NCBI GenBank assembly: GCA_963701305.1
Contig: OY969586.1
Span: forward strand, 2,825,509-2,889,508
Source: Candidatus Aminicenantes bacterium
GTDB lineage: Bacteria > Acidobacteriota > Aminicenantia > Aminicenantales > CAVYOD01
Reading direction: 5' to 3'
Length of the DNA stretch: 64,000 nucleotides
This document shows, piece by piece, positions 28,785 to 37,261 of the stretch (its first letter is position 1; each line of letters starts with the position of its first letter). Both the position numbers and the translations under genes were made by a program. The notes beneath the pieces are model-generated. The model ran no database searches and was not told the origin of the DNA. It saw only the letters and a list, made by a program, of their open reading frames with translations.

Positions 28785-29168
28785 ATGGAAAAAAACGAAA
28801 TTCTGATTGTCGACGATGACATCATCGCCCAAAATATGTTAAAGGCAACGTTGGCCAATGCCGGGTATTCCGTGCTCCTCGCTTCCAACGGTGAGGAAGC
28901 TCTCGAGAAAGCGAAAGAATACCACCCTAGGGTGATTATTCTTGATATCATGATGCCCGGAATCGACGGCGGGGAAGTCGCAAACACGCTCAGGAAAGAT
29001 CCCCAGACAAAAAAAATCCCAATCATATTCCTATCCACGCTCATTTCCGAAAGCGAGGAAAGGGCTGGTATCAGGGGAGGCTCGACCAGTTTTTTTTCTA
29101 AGCCGTTTTCGCGAGATAAGTTGCTCAATGAAATCGGCAGATATATACGCCGACAGAGCTCCAACTGA
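28785..29168 (+). CDS. Single-domain CheY-like response regulator receiver
   Basis: ILIVDDDIIAQNMLKATLANAGYSV...VIILDIMMPGIDGGEV...IPIIFLST. It is divergent from the CHAT gene. Confidence 0.8.
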   Translation: MEKNEILIVDDDIIAQNMLKATLANAGYSVLLASNGEEALEKAKEYHPRVIILDIMMPGIDGGEVANTLRKDPQTKKIPIIFLSTLISESEERAGIRGGSTSFFSKPFSRDKLLNEIGRYIRRQSSN

Positions 29169-29441
29169 TTTAAAGCTCCTCGATCTTTTTTCTTAGATTC
29201 ATACGCCACCGTTCGGGTTGCTCCGGGGACTTTGGGCCTTTCCCTCCTCCAAATCTTTTCTATGAGATTTGGGTCACAAATTATGTGGTGAATCCATGCG
29301 GGCGATTGACAAGGCCGCCATGCAGAAGATATGGTACCGATATGGATAGGAGAGGGGGTCTATTGTCCGGAGCGCCAATTCACGGCGCCGTGGAAAAAAG
29401 ATATTTCTGTAAATCTAGAATCAAAAAACAAAGGAGTCCAT

Positions 29442-30215
29442 ATGAAACTCTCTGATAAAGTTGCGATCATCACCGGAGCGACATCCGGGATCGGGAAAGC
29501 GACTGCTCTCTTATTTGCGGAAGAGGGCGCGAGCGTTGTGATCACTGGACGCCGCGGGGTGTTAGGTGCAGGCGTGGAAGCAGAGATAAGGCAAAAAAAA
29601 GCGCGATGCCTATTCGTCCAGGCGGATCATTCTCGAGCCGAGGATTGCTCTCGCGTCATCGAGCGGACTCTCGCCCAATTCGGCCGGGTCGATATCCTCT
29701 TCAACAATGCGGGCGTTGTCACAAAAGGGACAGCGGAAACCACGACCGATGAGATTTGGAACGAGACCTTCGCCATCAATGTGACAGCAATATGGCGCAT
29801 GTGCAAACTGGTTATCCCGATCATGAAGGAGCAGGGAAAAGGAGTGATCATCAATAATGGGTCGGACTGGTCGGTGGTGGCGGGCAAGAATGCATTTTCT
29901 TACATCATGAGCAAAGGCGCGGTCGGCATGATGACAAAAGCCATGGCGATTGATTTCGCGCACGAGAACATCCGTGTGAACGCGGTCTGCCCGGGGGATA
30001 CGTTCGTAGATCGCTGGCTGGAAAGAGGCTACTTTGAATATTCAGACCCTGACAGTCTGGAAGTGGCGATCAAGGAATCCAGCGCATATATCCCGATGGG
30101 ACGTTTCGGTAAACCCGAGGAGATCGCTCGAGCTGTGTTGTTTTTGGCTTCGGACGATTCGTCTTTTGTGACAGGCCACCTATTACTGGTGGATGGAGGC
30201 AATACAGCACAGTAG
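29442..30215 (+). CDS. Short-chain dehydrogenase/reductase (SDR) family oxidoreductase
   Basis: This is ORF 29331..30215 with the start at MKLSDKVAIITGATSGIGKA after RBS aaaggag. It has TGxxxGIG, NNAG and YxxxK-type motifs (SYIMSKGAV). Confidence 0.85.
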   Translation: MKLSDKVAIITGATSGIGKATALLFAEEGASVVITGRRGVLGAGVEAEIRQKKARCLFVQADHSRAEDCSRVIERTLAQFGRVDILFNNAGVVTKGTAETTTDEIWNETFAINVTAIWRMCKLVIPIMKEQGKGVIINNGSDWSVVAGKNAFSYIMSKGAVGMMTKAMAIDFAHENIRVNAVCPGDTFVDRWLERGYFEYSDPDSLEVAIKESSAYIPMGRFGKPEEIARAVLFLASDDSSFVTGHLLLVDGGNTAQ

Positions 30216-30413
30216 GGACCTGACAGGGTTCCACAATAAATATCGGCCGCGCCGCTCATGGGAGCATAATCCGGAGGTACCACTTTTGTACGAAATAGGT
30301 TCGAAACCTTGCCAAACGGCGTCAGCCAAATTATCATGAGAGACGGAATCCGTAGTTTAAGAAATCAACACGCGAATCCGAGATGGCCCGATAGTTTTGA
30401 CGGGAGGAACGAA

Positions 30414-32132
30414 ATGAACAGAAAAACCGGCATTCTATTCTTCACCCTTGTTGCCCTCTTTGCTTTTCTCAATGCAGCACTCCTCGCAGAAACAGGATCC
30501 AAAGACGTAAAAAAGGAACTGGAGAGCCTATATGGAACATGGGGCAATGCACTCAAAAATAAGGATCTTGTGGTGATTGATAGGCTGCTGAACTCAGACT
30601 TTACGGCCGAACAATCAGGTTTCATCCATAGTCGCAAAAAAATTATGGACATATTGAAAAGCCAATTGGCCGGAGAGGATACCACGGGCTGGGAGGCCTC
30701 AATCGACGATCCCATAGTTAAGGATGACTCGGCCTCGGCAACAGTCAGCACAAGAGAATTCTATACTGCTGCTATGCCGGCAGGCGCTCCGTTGTACAGA
30801 GAGAGCAGATACCTGGACACCTGGGTTCATACCGTGGGAGGTTGGAGACTCCAGCACAGCAAGCAAATTTACACGGCCACTGGCATGATACTTCCTGCCC
30901 AAACCGAGGTAGGGTATGACAGTCCACGTCTCATGAGCCTGGCAAAAGAATTGAAATCAGGCAAAACGTCGGCCACAGAAGAATTCTGGAAGGATATGGA
31001 CGGAAAAGCACCGCTGATTGAGCCGATCGCAGATGACAAGGAGAATTTTTGGGTGACATATCTCTGGCGATCAGGGAAAGAAATCGGGAATGTTTTGGTC
31101 TCCGGGGGGTACCCCACCGTCACCGGAAATCTTCAGAAGACACTTCTTCGCATGGCGGATACAGATATCTTTTATCTAACAGAACGGATTCCCAAGGATG
31201 CGCGTTACATCTACTCCTTCGTGGTCATGAAGACGATTCAAAAGCCGCCATCAGGAAGCAAGGAACCTGAGACTGTGACGGTGGCCATGAGCGCACCCGA
31301 TCCTCTGAATCCGAATTACTTTATCTTCGGTTCTGTTTGTGAATTGCCGGGCGCCTTACCACAGCCATGGTCCAAACCTCTGCCCGGCGTGGCAGCGGGA
31401 CAACTCGAGGATCACATCATCCAGAGCTCGATCTTGAAGCAAGACAGAAAGATCACGGTCTATACACCGGTGGGCTATAAAAAAACGGAGAAGCCCTACG
31501 GCCTCGTCGTCTTTTTTGACGGCCTCCTTGAATTCCCGGCTGTCCCGGCCGCTGTTATCCTCGACAACCTCATCGCCAAGGGAAAGATTCCTCCAATAGT
31601 GGCAGCGACCATTCACAACATCAGCGGAAAAACACGCAGTCCCGATCTGAGCTGTTCCAAGGACTTCGCCGATTTTTTGGCTACGGAAATGGTTCCCTGG
31701 ATTCGAAAGAACTATCATGTCACTTCGGATCCTCAGCAAACGACCATACAAGGCATCAGTCTGGGTGGCCTGATGTCATTCTATGTCGGTCTGAAGCATT
31801 CTGAAGTCTTCGGGAATGTCCTCGCTCAGTCCTCCTCACTCTGGTACTATCCCCAATGGTTGGAGACGACCCTGCCTTTCTACGCCTCAGATAGAGGATG
31901 GCTTTCTCGTCAATATGCTCTGAGTCCAAAATTCAACTTACGGATTTGGATGGAAGTGGGTCGCTTTGAGGCAGAGTTTCAAAATGACATGATTCGTGAA
32001 AACCGCAGGATGCGGGATGTGCTCGAAGCGAAAGGTTATCCGGTCGCCTATTCCGAATACAACGGCGGTCACGACTATGTAACCTGGAGAGGCACCCTAG
32101 CCGAGGGGCTAATTGCACTCTTGGGTAAGTAG
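30414..32132 (+). CDS. Secreted esterase-family (PF00756-like) alpha/beta hydrolase with an N-terminal NTF2/SnoaL-like (DUF4440-type) domain
   Basis: This is ORF 30309..32132 with the start MNRKTGILFFTLVALFAFLNAALLA after RBS gggagga. The N-terminal domain has GTWGNALKNKDLVVIDRLLNSDF...GGWRLQHSK. The C-terminal esterase has ITVYTPVGYKK...GLVVFFDG...IQGISLGGLMSF. Confidence 0.7.
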   Translation: MNRKTGILFFTLVALFAFLNAALLAETGSKDVKKELESLYGTWGNALKNKDLVVIDRLLNSDFTAEQSGFIHSRKKIMDILKSQLAGEDTTGWEASIDDPIVKDDSASATVSTREFYTAAMPAGAPLYRESRYLDTWVHTVGGWRLQHSKQIYTATGMILPAQTEVGYDSPRLMSLAKELKSGKTSATEEFWKDMDGKAPLIEPIADDKENFWVTYLWRSGKEIGNVLVSGGYPTVTGNLQKTLLRMADTDIFYLTERIPKDARYIYSFVVMKTIQKPPSGSKEPETVTVAMSAPDPLNPNYFIFGSVCELPGALPQPWSKPLPGVAAGQLEDHIIQSSILKQDRKITVYTPVGYKKTEKPYGLVVFFDGLLEFPAVPAAVILDNLIAKGKIPPIVAATIHNISGKTRSPDLSCSKDFADFLATEMVPWIRKNYHVTSDPQQTTIQGISLGGLMSFYVGLKHSEVFGNVLAQSSSLWYYPQWLETTLPFYASDRGWLSRQYALSPKFNLRIWMEVGRFEAEFQNDMIRENRRMRDVLEAKGYPVAYSEYNGGHDYVTWRGTLAEGLIALLGK

Positions 32133-32430
32133 GAATAAATGAAGATTCATGGCCTGCCTTAAGTCGAGGCCGCCAGGCAGCGGCTGGCCGGGCGTTTAAA
32201 TAGCCAATTCCCTGCGACGATACTGATCTCCTCCTCCATCGGTGTGTATGCTGGTCTCTTGGATCTTCTCCTGTTTGATGCAGGGCTGGTGGACCTCCAT
32301 AAATGCGATGGCATTTTGGCGAAAATCCTGATATACATACATTCGGCAATTATCTGCCGGCATGGAATTGAAAAACTGCATAATTCATGATCTGCCGGAG
32401 AAAAATAACCAAATCAGGGAGGAGGAAGAA

Positions 32431-32901
32431 ATGGAATTAAGGCGGAAGCAGATACCAATGCGGCAAAAGGCGTATTTCGAGCAAAAACTGCAAGATCGAC
32501 TGGCTTTCCTGTCTGGGAAGGGGATCGAATCTCCCAAGGCCGACAAAGATACTCTCGTTAGAAAATTGCAGGCAAGAATCAGGGCCGTGAATAATAGGCT
32601 GAGGCTGATTGACGACCACGAAAAGAGAACGGAAGAAATAGCGAAGATAAAGGCCGAAAGGGCGGCAGCCCCCAAGAAAGAAAAAGAAGGCGGCAAAGGA
32701 GAGAAGCCCAAGAAAGCCCCCGAAGAGGGCAAGGGAAAAAAGATAAAGGCGGAAAGGGCGGCAGCGTCTCAGAAAGCGCCGGAAGGCGGCAAAAGCCAGA
32801 AGACGACGGAATCCTCCGAAGAAGGCAAGCCAACAATGAAAAAGAAAGAGGAAGAAACGAGGGAGGAACCGGCAGGCCAGGTGAAGGCAGATAAACAATA
32901 A
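32431..32901 (+). CDS. Lysine/glutamate-rich protein with tandem KIKAERAAA...EGGK repeats (histone H1-like low complexity)
   Basis: This is ORF 32362..32901 with the probable start MELRRKQIPMRQ after RBS gggaggagg. A nucleotide tandem repeat of about 105 bp gives KIKAERAAAPKKEKEGGKGEKPKKAPEEGKGK twice. Confidence 0.4.
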   Translation: MELRRKQIPMRQKAYFEQKLQDRLAFLSGKGIESPKADKDTLVRKLQARIRAVNNRLRLIDDHEKRTEEIAKIKAERAAAPKKEKEGGKGEKPKKAPEEGKGKKIKAERAAASQKAPEGGKSQKTTESSEEGKPTMKKKEEETREEPAGQVKADKQ

Positions 32902-32940
32902 AAAACCGAACGCCCGGCCACTGCCAGAGGAGGTGAAATC

Positions 32941-33117
32941 ATGGCCATAGGAGTTGATTCCCTCTTGCGCGATCAGCTTGTCGACCGCCGGCGAAAGCTG
33001 GAGCTGGCGGTTGATGCGGCCGGAGAGAGGCGCCAGGTTCGAAGCCTTATCTGTGAATTTAATTTTCCCGGAGCTTCTTTACTCTCATTAAGCTTTTGTC
33101 TTTTTCAGATGTTTTGA
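32941..33117 (+). CDS. 58-aa ORF with a strong RBS, possibly a 5' gene fragment truncated at the GC/AT composition boundary
   Basis: RBS agaggaggtgaaatcATG. The first 40 codons are GC-rich (MAIGVDSLLRDQLVDRRRKLELAVDAAGERRQVRSLI). It then runs into AT-rich sequence (NFPGASLLSLSFCLFQMF*) and overlaps the convergent gene. It is below the ORF-track cutoff. Confidence 0.3.
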   Translation: MAIGVDSLLRDQLVDRRRKLELAVDAAGERRQVRSLICEFNFPGASLLSLSFCLFQMF

Positions 33118-33610
33118 CACCAATCATGTTTATGGGGATGCCTCGTTTCTTTAATTCTTCATGAATGGCTTTCATAAACAGGCCCATACCGCCAACTTCC
33201 TCACTATTCATGGATGTTGATTCCACTCCACAACTGGGGGATCGGTTTATCCCGATTATGCCCAGGATTGAAAAGCCATTCTTTAGATATTCTTCTATTT
33301 GATAAATAACTTGGTCTACGATTATCTTTAGTTTTTGGGCGGGAACCGATTGATTCAAGGCATTCCTTATTCTCGTATTTTCGACAAGAAGCGGCCTTTC
33401 TGCCCCATGGACATCTCCGCGATCCAACCCCAGGCAGATCAACTCCGGACACGGCAGTTGTAAGATGCCCACATTCCATTCGAGTAACAAATCGACGATT
33501 TCTTTGAAAGTACCCGGAAAATCCGCAGTATTATCTGAGATCGAGTTCTGATTTAGGATACAGTGCGCCGCTAAAACTAGCTTTTTGCTCCTTGCGTCTG
33601 AAAACATCAA
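33059..33610 (-). CDS. Hypothetical Cys-containing protein (possibly DUF523-like or Fe-S/metal binding), AT-rich
   Basis: VLAAHCILNQNS...LQLPCPELICLGLDRGD...RSPSCGVES. GC is about 43% against about 58% nearby. The family assignment is tentative. Confidence 0.45.
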   Translation of the reverse strand: MMFSDARSKKLVLAAHCILNQNSISDNTADFPGTFKEIVDLLLEWNVGILQLPCPELICLGLDRGDVHGAERPLLVENTRIRNALNQSVPAQKLKIIVDQVIYQIEEYLKNGFSILGIIGINRSPSCGVESTSMNSEEVGGMGLFMKAIHEELKKRGIPINMIGVKTSEKDKSLMRVKKLREN

Positions 33611-33745
33611 GCACCTCCAGGTTTTGTGTCACACCCAACACAAAATCGTCCACAGGCCATTCAAGTCACAATTGAGAATCTCTTGCAGCTAATTCGCTCA
33701 TCTATTTTTTATTCATGTATCTTCCCGAATTGCGCGCTGAGTGAG

Positions 33746-35125
33746 CTAATCGCAGAGAAAACGCAATTTGACAGTCGCGGGAGAAGGGCTCCAGTCTATT
33801 TTTCCTAATTTTAAATCGATCGGATTCATGACGTAATTCAAAGGAGTGGGGACAATATAGGTCTTTCCGATGGATATCTTCACTCTCCCCAGGAATCCGC
33901 ATGAGCCTATGTTTCCATCGCGAGATAGTTTGATGAGTAGAATATTTCGATTTGGCCATCTTACGCCTGGGCTCTCTACGCCGAGCCTGTCAGTGGACCC
34001 TATTATTGCAAATCCCCCGTCTGCTGCTTGGCAAACGCCCGCCGCCTCTTCATCAGACTGATAAGGATAGTCCTGCTCTCCGAAGGTCCTCACCCATCCG
34101 ATTTCTCCCTGCGCAGAAAGCTTAAAAATCAGGCAATCTCCTGAATTATTATTCCTTGACGTCCCAGTCATGATGTATCCGCCGCCCTTTGTTTGGATGA
34201 TTTTTCCCCAGCTATCATCGCCCGGCCCACCATAGGTTTTCTGCCAATCGATGGCGCCGCTTGGAACAAGTTTCAAAATCCAGACGTCTTCGCCGCCTGC
34301 ACCAAAGGAAGATGTTTGTCCAGCAACGATAAATCCGCCATCCGAGGTTGGGGAAAGGCAGGAGGCATAATCTCGCCGTGCCCTTCCCAGTTTTTCTTGC
34401 CATTCGATCTCACCTTGGAAAGAAAGCTTCATGATCCAGAAGTACTCTATACTGCCCTCGTAGTTGCCCATAGCGACAAAACCACCGTCCTGCGTTTGCA
34501 GGATAGAGTTGTATCCTCCATGTCTGGTTCCGAATTTCTTTGCCCACTCAACTTCCCCGTGTTCGTCGAGTTTTAAGATACATTCAGCAGAATTAAACTC
34601 GACAGGGTCCGGCCACGATATTCTTCCGATTAGAATATAGCCGCCATCTTCTGTCTGTTGAACGGATTGAAAATACGAATCATCCACTGATATTGCTAAT
34701 TTGAGCCACTCGACTTGACCCGACCGACTCAGCTTGATGATCGTCTTGCCGGCAAGAATGTATCCGCCGTCTTTTGTTTGGCAAGAGCATCCGCAAAGCC
34801 ACCCTAATTTATTCGCCCACTCGAGATCTCCATTTTCAGAAAATTTGTAGACCCATCCATCCGGGCCTTGCGTGTAAGTTAAGTGCCCTGTGATGAGATA
34901 TCCTCCATCATCCGTTTTCAAAATTGAAGTCGCATAGTTTGACCCCGTCCTCTCTCCAAAAGATATCGCCCAATGATTGCCGGGATTGCGACCTGGCCTG
35001 CCTTCGCGGCCGAATTGCTCATTTTTTCTATCTTCTCTCTGCTCGGCGCCGTCAAAAGAGACGAAAAATCCGATAATAAAGATGAGCAAAACCGTCCAAA
35101 GGGATTTCCCCTTGCCACTCTCCAT
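33746..35125 (-). CDS. Secreted beta-propeller repeat protein (seven or more T-x-DGGY/F-I-x-x-G ... W-x-K-x-x-G repeats)
   Basis: This is ORF 33746..35374. Its N-terminal 83 codons are a read-through across the tRNA-Sec fragment. The real start is MESGKGKSLWTVLLIFIIGFFVSF after RBS aaggggg. The repeats are TDDGGYLITGHL, TKDGGYILAGKT, TEDGGYILIGRI, TQDGGFVAMGNY, TSDGGFIVAGQT, TKGGGYIMTGTS, ADGGFAIIGST. GC is about 47%. Confidence 0.6.
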   Translation of the reverse strand: MESGKGKSLWTVLLIFIIGFFVSFDGAEQREDRKNEQFGREGRPGRNPGNHWAISFGERTGSNYATSILKTDDGGYLITGHLTYTQGPDGWVYKFSENGDLEWANKLGWLCGCSCQTKDGGYILAGKTIIKLSRSGQVEWLKLAISVDDSYFQSVQQTEDGGYILIGRISWPDPVEFNSAECILKLDEHGEVEWAKKFGTRHGGYNSILQTQDGGFVAMGNYEGSIEYFWIMKLSFQGEIEWQEKLGRARRDYASCLSPTSDGGFIVAGQTSSFGAGGEDVWILKLVPSGAIDWQKTYGGPGDDSWGKIIQTKGGGYIMTGTSRNNNSGDCLIFKLSAQGEIGWVRTFGEQDYPYQSDEEAAGVCQAADGGFAIIGSTDRLGVESPGVRWPNRNILLIKLSRDGNIGSCGFLGRVKISIGKTYIVPTPLNYVMNPIDLKLGKIDWSPSPATVKLRFLCD

Positions 35126-35179
35126 GACGTACCCCCTTATTATGTATAAAGAAAAAAAGGGCCTTGTCAAGGAGAGGAT

Positions 35180-35326
35180 AAGCAGATCTTCTCCCGTGTG
35201 CCAACAGTGTGACAAAATCGATTGAAAAGCGCTGAAAATTAGGGTTTCGGATTGAAAGACAAAAAAGAGGCTCGTGCTTGCCGAGCATGATGCAAGTTGC
35301 TTAAAATCAAGAGCATTAGGGGCTGG
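35180..35326. repeat. Diverged direct repeat (about 85% over about 80 nt, then patchy) of the selC downstream flank; the second copy is at 37128..37261
   Basis: tctcccgtgtgccaacagtgtgacaaaatcgattgaaaagcgctgaaaattagggtttcggattgaaagacaaaaaagagg aligns with tctccccgtgtgccaacagtgtgccaaaaccgattgaaaagcgcagaaaattacggtttcgggttgaaagacaaaaataggg. Confidence 0.6.
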
Positions 35327-35390
35327 CGGGAAGGTATGGGAGTCGAACCCATCCGGGACTTTTGAAGGCCACATACTGGATTTGAAGTCC
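35327..35390 (-). repeat. Partial 3' copy (about 64 nt, from the anticodon stem through the discriminator) of tRNA-Sec, an att-like direct repeat of selC
   Basis: ggaaggtatgggagtcgaacccatccgggacttttgaaggccacatactggatttgaagtcc is identical to 37263..37326 apart from one mismatch. Homology to the tRNA stops at 35390, so the 5' half (acceptor 5' strand and D arm) is absent. Confidence 0.65.
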
Positions 35391-35512
35391 CGGGAAAGCT
35401 GGCAATCGTGTCGGTCCGATTCTCTCCCAGAGCGCCGGACGTCCCATGATTACAAGTATTTACCCTGATTGCAAAACTGCGTCTTAACAGTAATACTTTA
35501 ATTTCATCCTCA

Positions 35513-36394
35513 CTATTTCTCGAACATTCCCTTCGGCGTTTTTCCCTGCAAGAAAGGTTCGATATAAGAATGCAGCAGGTCGGTCTGCGTGATAACGGCG
35601 GTGTGCGAGGTCGCCGGCAGAACAGCGAGGCGCGAGGCGGGCAGCGGCTTCCCCATGTCGCCCATAGCGCCGCCGCCGAGCAGCCGGAACATCGCAACCG
35701 AATGTTCGAGAGTCACAACGTCGGCGTCGCCGGTGATGATCAGCACCGGAGTCTTCATCGCCCTTCACATCTTTTTCCCACGCCATCGGTTCGTGCTCGA
35801 GCTGCGATCAGTTTTTTGACCAGTGCGGGAAAGCCTTCGGGATTGGCAGCGAGTTTGCGATATTCTTCTACCATCGTCGGCATACCGACGAACATCTCCA
35901 CCGTCATCTGCGGGATGAATGCCTTGAATTCCGGCTGCCAGCCCTCTCATCGTATGCAACGGAAGCCGCGACAAGCTTATTCACCTTTTCCGGGTGGCGG
36001 ATAGCGAGTTGCAGCCCGGCCGCAGCACCCATGGAATAACCGAACACGTCGGCTTTCGCGAGACCTACCGCGTCCATGAAGGCGCCACGTCGTCCGCAAG
36101 GTTGGGATAGGTGATGGGGCGGTCGATGTCAGTGGTGCGGCCGTGGCCCTGGAATTCGAGCGCATAGACCTTATGCGTCTTGGCGAGCGTGGGGATGATG
36201 GCACCCATGGTCGGGATATTCATGTAGGCACCGTGCAGCACGATCAACGGGTCCCCTGTGCCGGAAACTTCGTAATACATTTTCATTCCGTTCACAGTTG
36301 TGTATCCGCTCTTCGGTTGAGCGACTGCGGCGATACTTACGGCGATGCATAACAACGCAATCGCTGTCACAATATTGAAATTCTTTCTGAGCAT
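35513..36394 (-). pseudogene. Alpha/beta hydrolase (signal peptide, GxSxG, C-terminal lid) degraded by four or more frameshifts
   Basis: The N-terminal ORF 36065..36394 reads MLRKNF...LIVLHGAYMNIPTMGAIIPTLAKTHKVYALEFQGHGRTTD. The C-terminal ORF 35513..35758 reads MKTPVLIITGDADVV...ATSHTAVITQTD. By hand translation the middle is readable only by switching frames (MDAVGLAKADVFGYSMGAAAGLQLAIRHPEKVNKLVAASVAYDE / GWQPEFKAFIPQMTVEMFVGMPTMVEEYRKLAANPEGFPALVKKLIAARARTDGVGK). The indels are in mixed contexts. Confidence 0.7.
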
Positions 36395-36405
36395 TTTTAT
36401 CTTCC

Positions 36406-36999
36406 TTATGAAGTTTTATCTTTACGATAGTGAAGCACAACAACGCCCGATTTGAATTTTTTTGTATCGATAAGTTTCAGATTATTCTTTTCGTTCACAT
36501 CGGGGAACAGCCGCTTACCTTTCTTCCAGATGAGCGGTTGCACTGCGAGCCAGTATTCATCAATTAAGCCATGCCTCATGATCTCCTGAAAAACGGTTAT
36601 TCCGCCTACCGAAATGTTCTTACCCGGCCGCTGCTTAAGTTTGACAACTTCTTCTATCACATTGTCTCTCACTATTCTCGTATTGTTCCAATCTGTCTTC
36701 TGAAGTGTTCGTGAAAAGACAATCTTGGGTATTGCGTTAAACTTATCGGCGAATTTGATCATGCTCTTTGTCGCTTGAGGATCGTTATGAGCACTAGGCC
36801 AGTAGCTTTCCATCAGCTGATATGTTACGCGTCCGAACAACAGTGTGTCCACATTGTCCAATAAATTCGCATAGAAGTCATGCAACTCATCATCCGCAAT
36901 TGTCACAGTATGATCAGCGTAGCCGTCAACTGTTACATTGATCGCAAAGATCACTTTTCTTTCCTTGCAAACGGCGTTCTTAATGTTATTTATATTCAT
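36406..36999 (-). CDS. Dihydrofolate-reductase-like protein (RibD C-terminal domain family, YwjB-like)
   Basis: VIFAINVTVDGYADHTVTIADDELHDFY...LLFGRVTYQLMESYW...NISVGGITVFQEIMRHGLIDEYWLAVQPLIWKKGKRLF. It is very AT-rich (about 38% GC). Confidence 0.75.
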   Translation of the reverse strand: MNINNIKNAVCKERKVIFAINVTVDGYADHTVTIADDELHDFYANLLDNVDTLLFGRVTYQLMESYWPSAHNDPQATKSMIKFADKFNAIPKIVFSRTLQKTDWNNTRIVRDNVIEEVVKLKQRPGKNISVGGITVFQEIMRHGLIDEYWLAVQPLIWKKGKRLFPDVNEKNNLKLIDTKKFKSGVVVLHYRKDKTS

Positions 37000-37127
37000 C
37001 TGAAAGATTAAGCCCGCTATCGGTATGAGTATAGAAGGTATTATATAACGTTCTTTTTCAAAATGCTAAGTGTTCTCATCATGAGATCCTCCACGGCTTT
37101 CAATAGGTTAATCTCAATAGACCTCTC

Positions 37128-37261
37128 CCCGTGTGCCAACAGTGTGCCAAAACCGATTGAAAAGCGCAGAAAATTACGGTTTCGGGTTGAAAGACAAAAA
37201 TAGGGTTATGCCGGGTCGAGCATGATGTAACTCTCTGATAATTAAGGAAGATAAGGGGGAG
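37128..37261. repeat. Second copy of the selC downstream flank repeat (partner of 35180..35326)
   Basis: See the feature at 35180..35326. Confidence 0.6.

Noticed and set aside
32620-32800. Tandem repeat that could be mistaken for a CRISPR-like or minisatellite array
   Set aside because: There are only two long (about 105 bp) imperfect copies, and they lie in-frame within a coding sequence. No short regularly spaced repeats or cas genes occur anywhere in the window.
35570-36004. Plus-strand 144-aa ORF and several short minus ORFs inside the hydrolase pseudogene
   Set aside because: They are fragments created by the frameshifts and the antisense strand. The only coherent reading is the frameshifted alpha/beta hydrolase on the minus strand.
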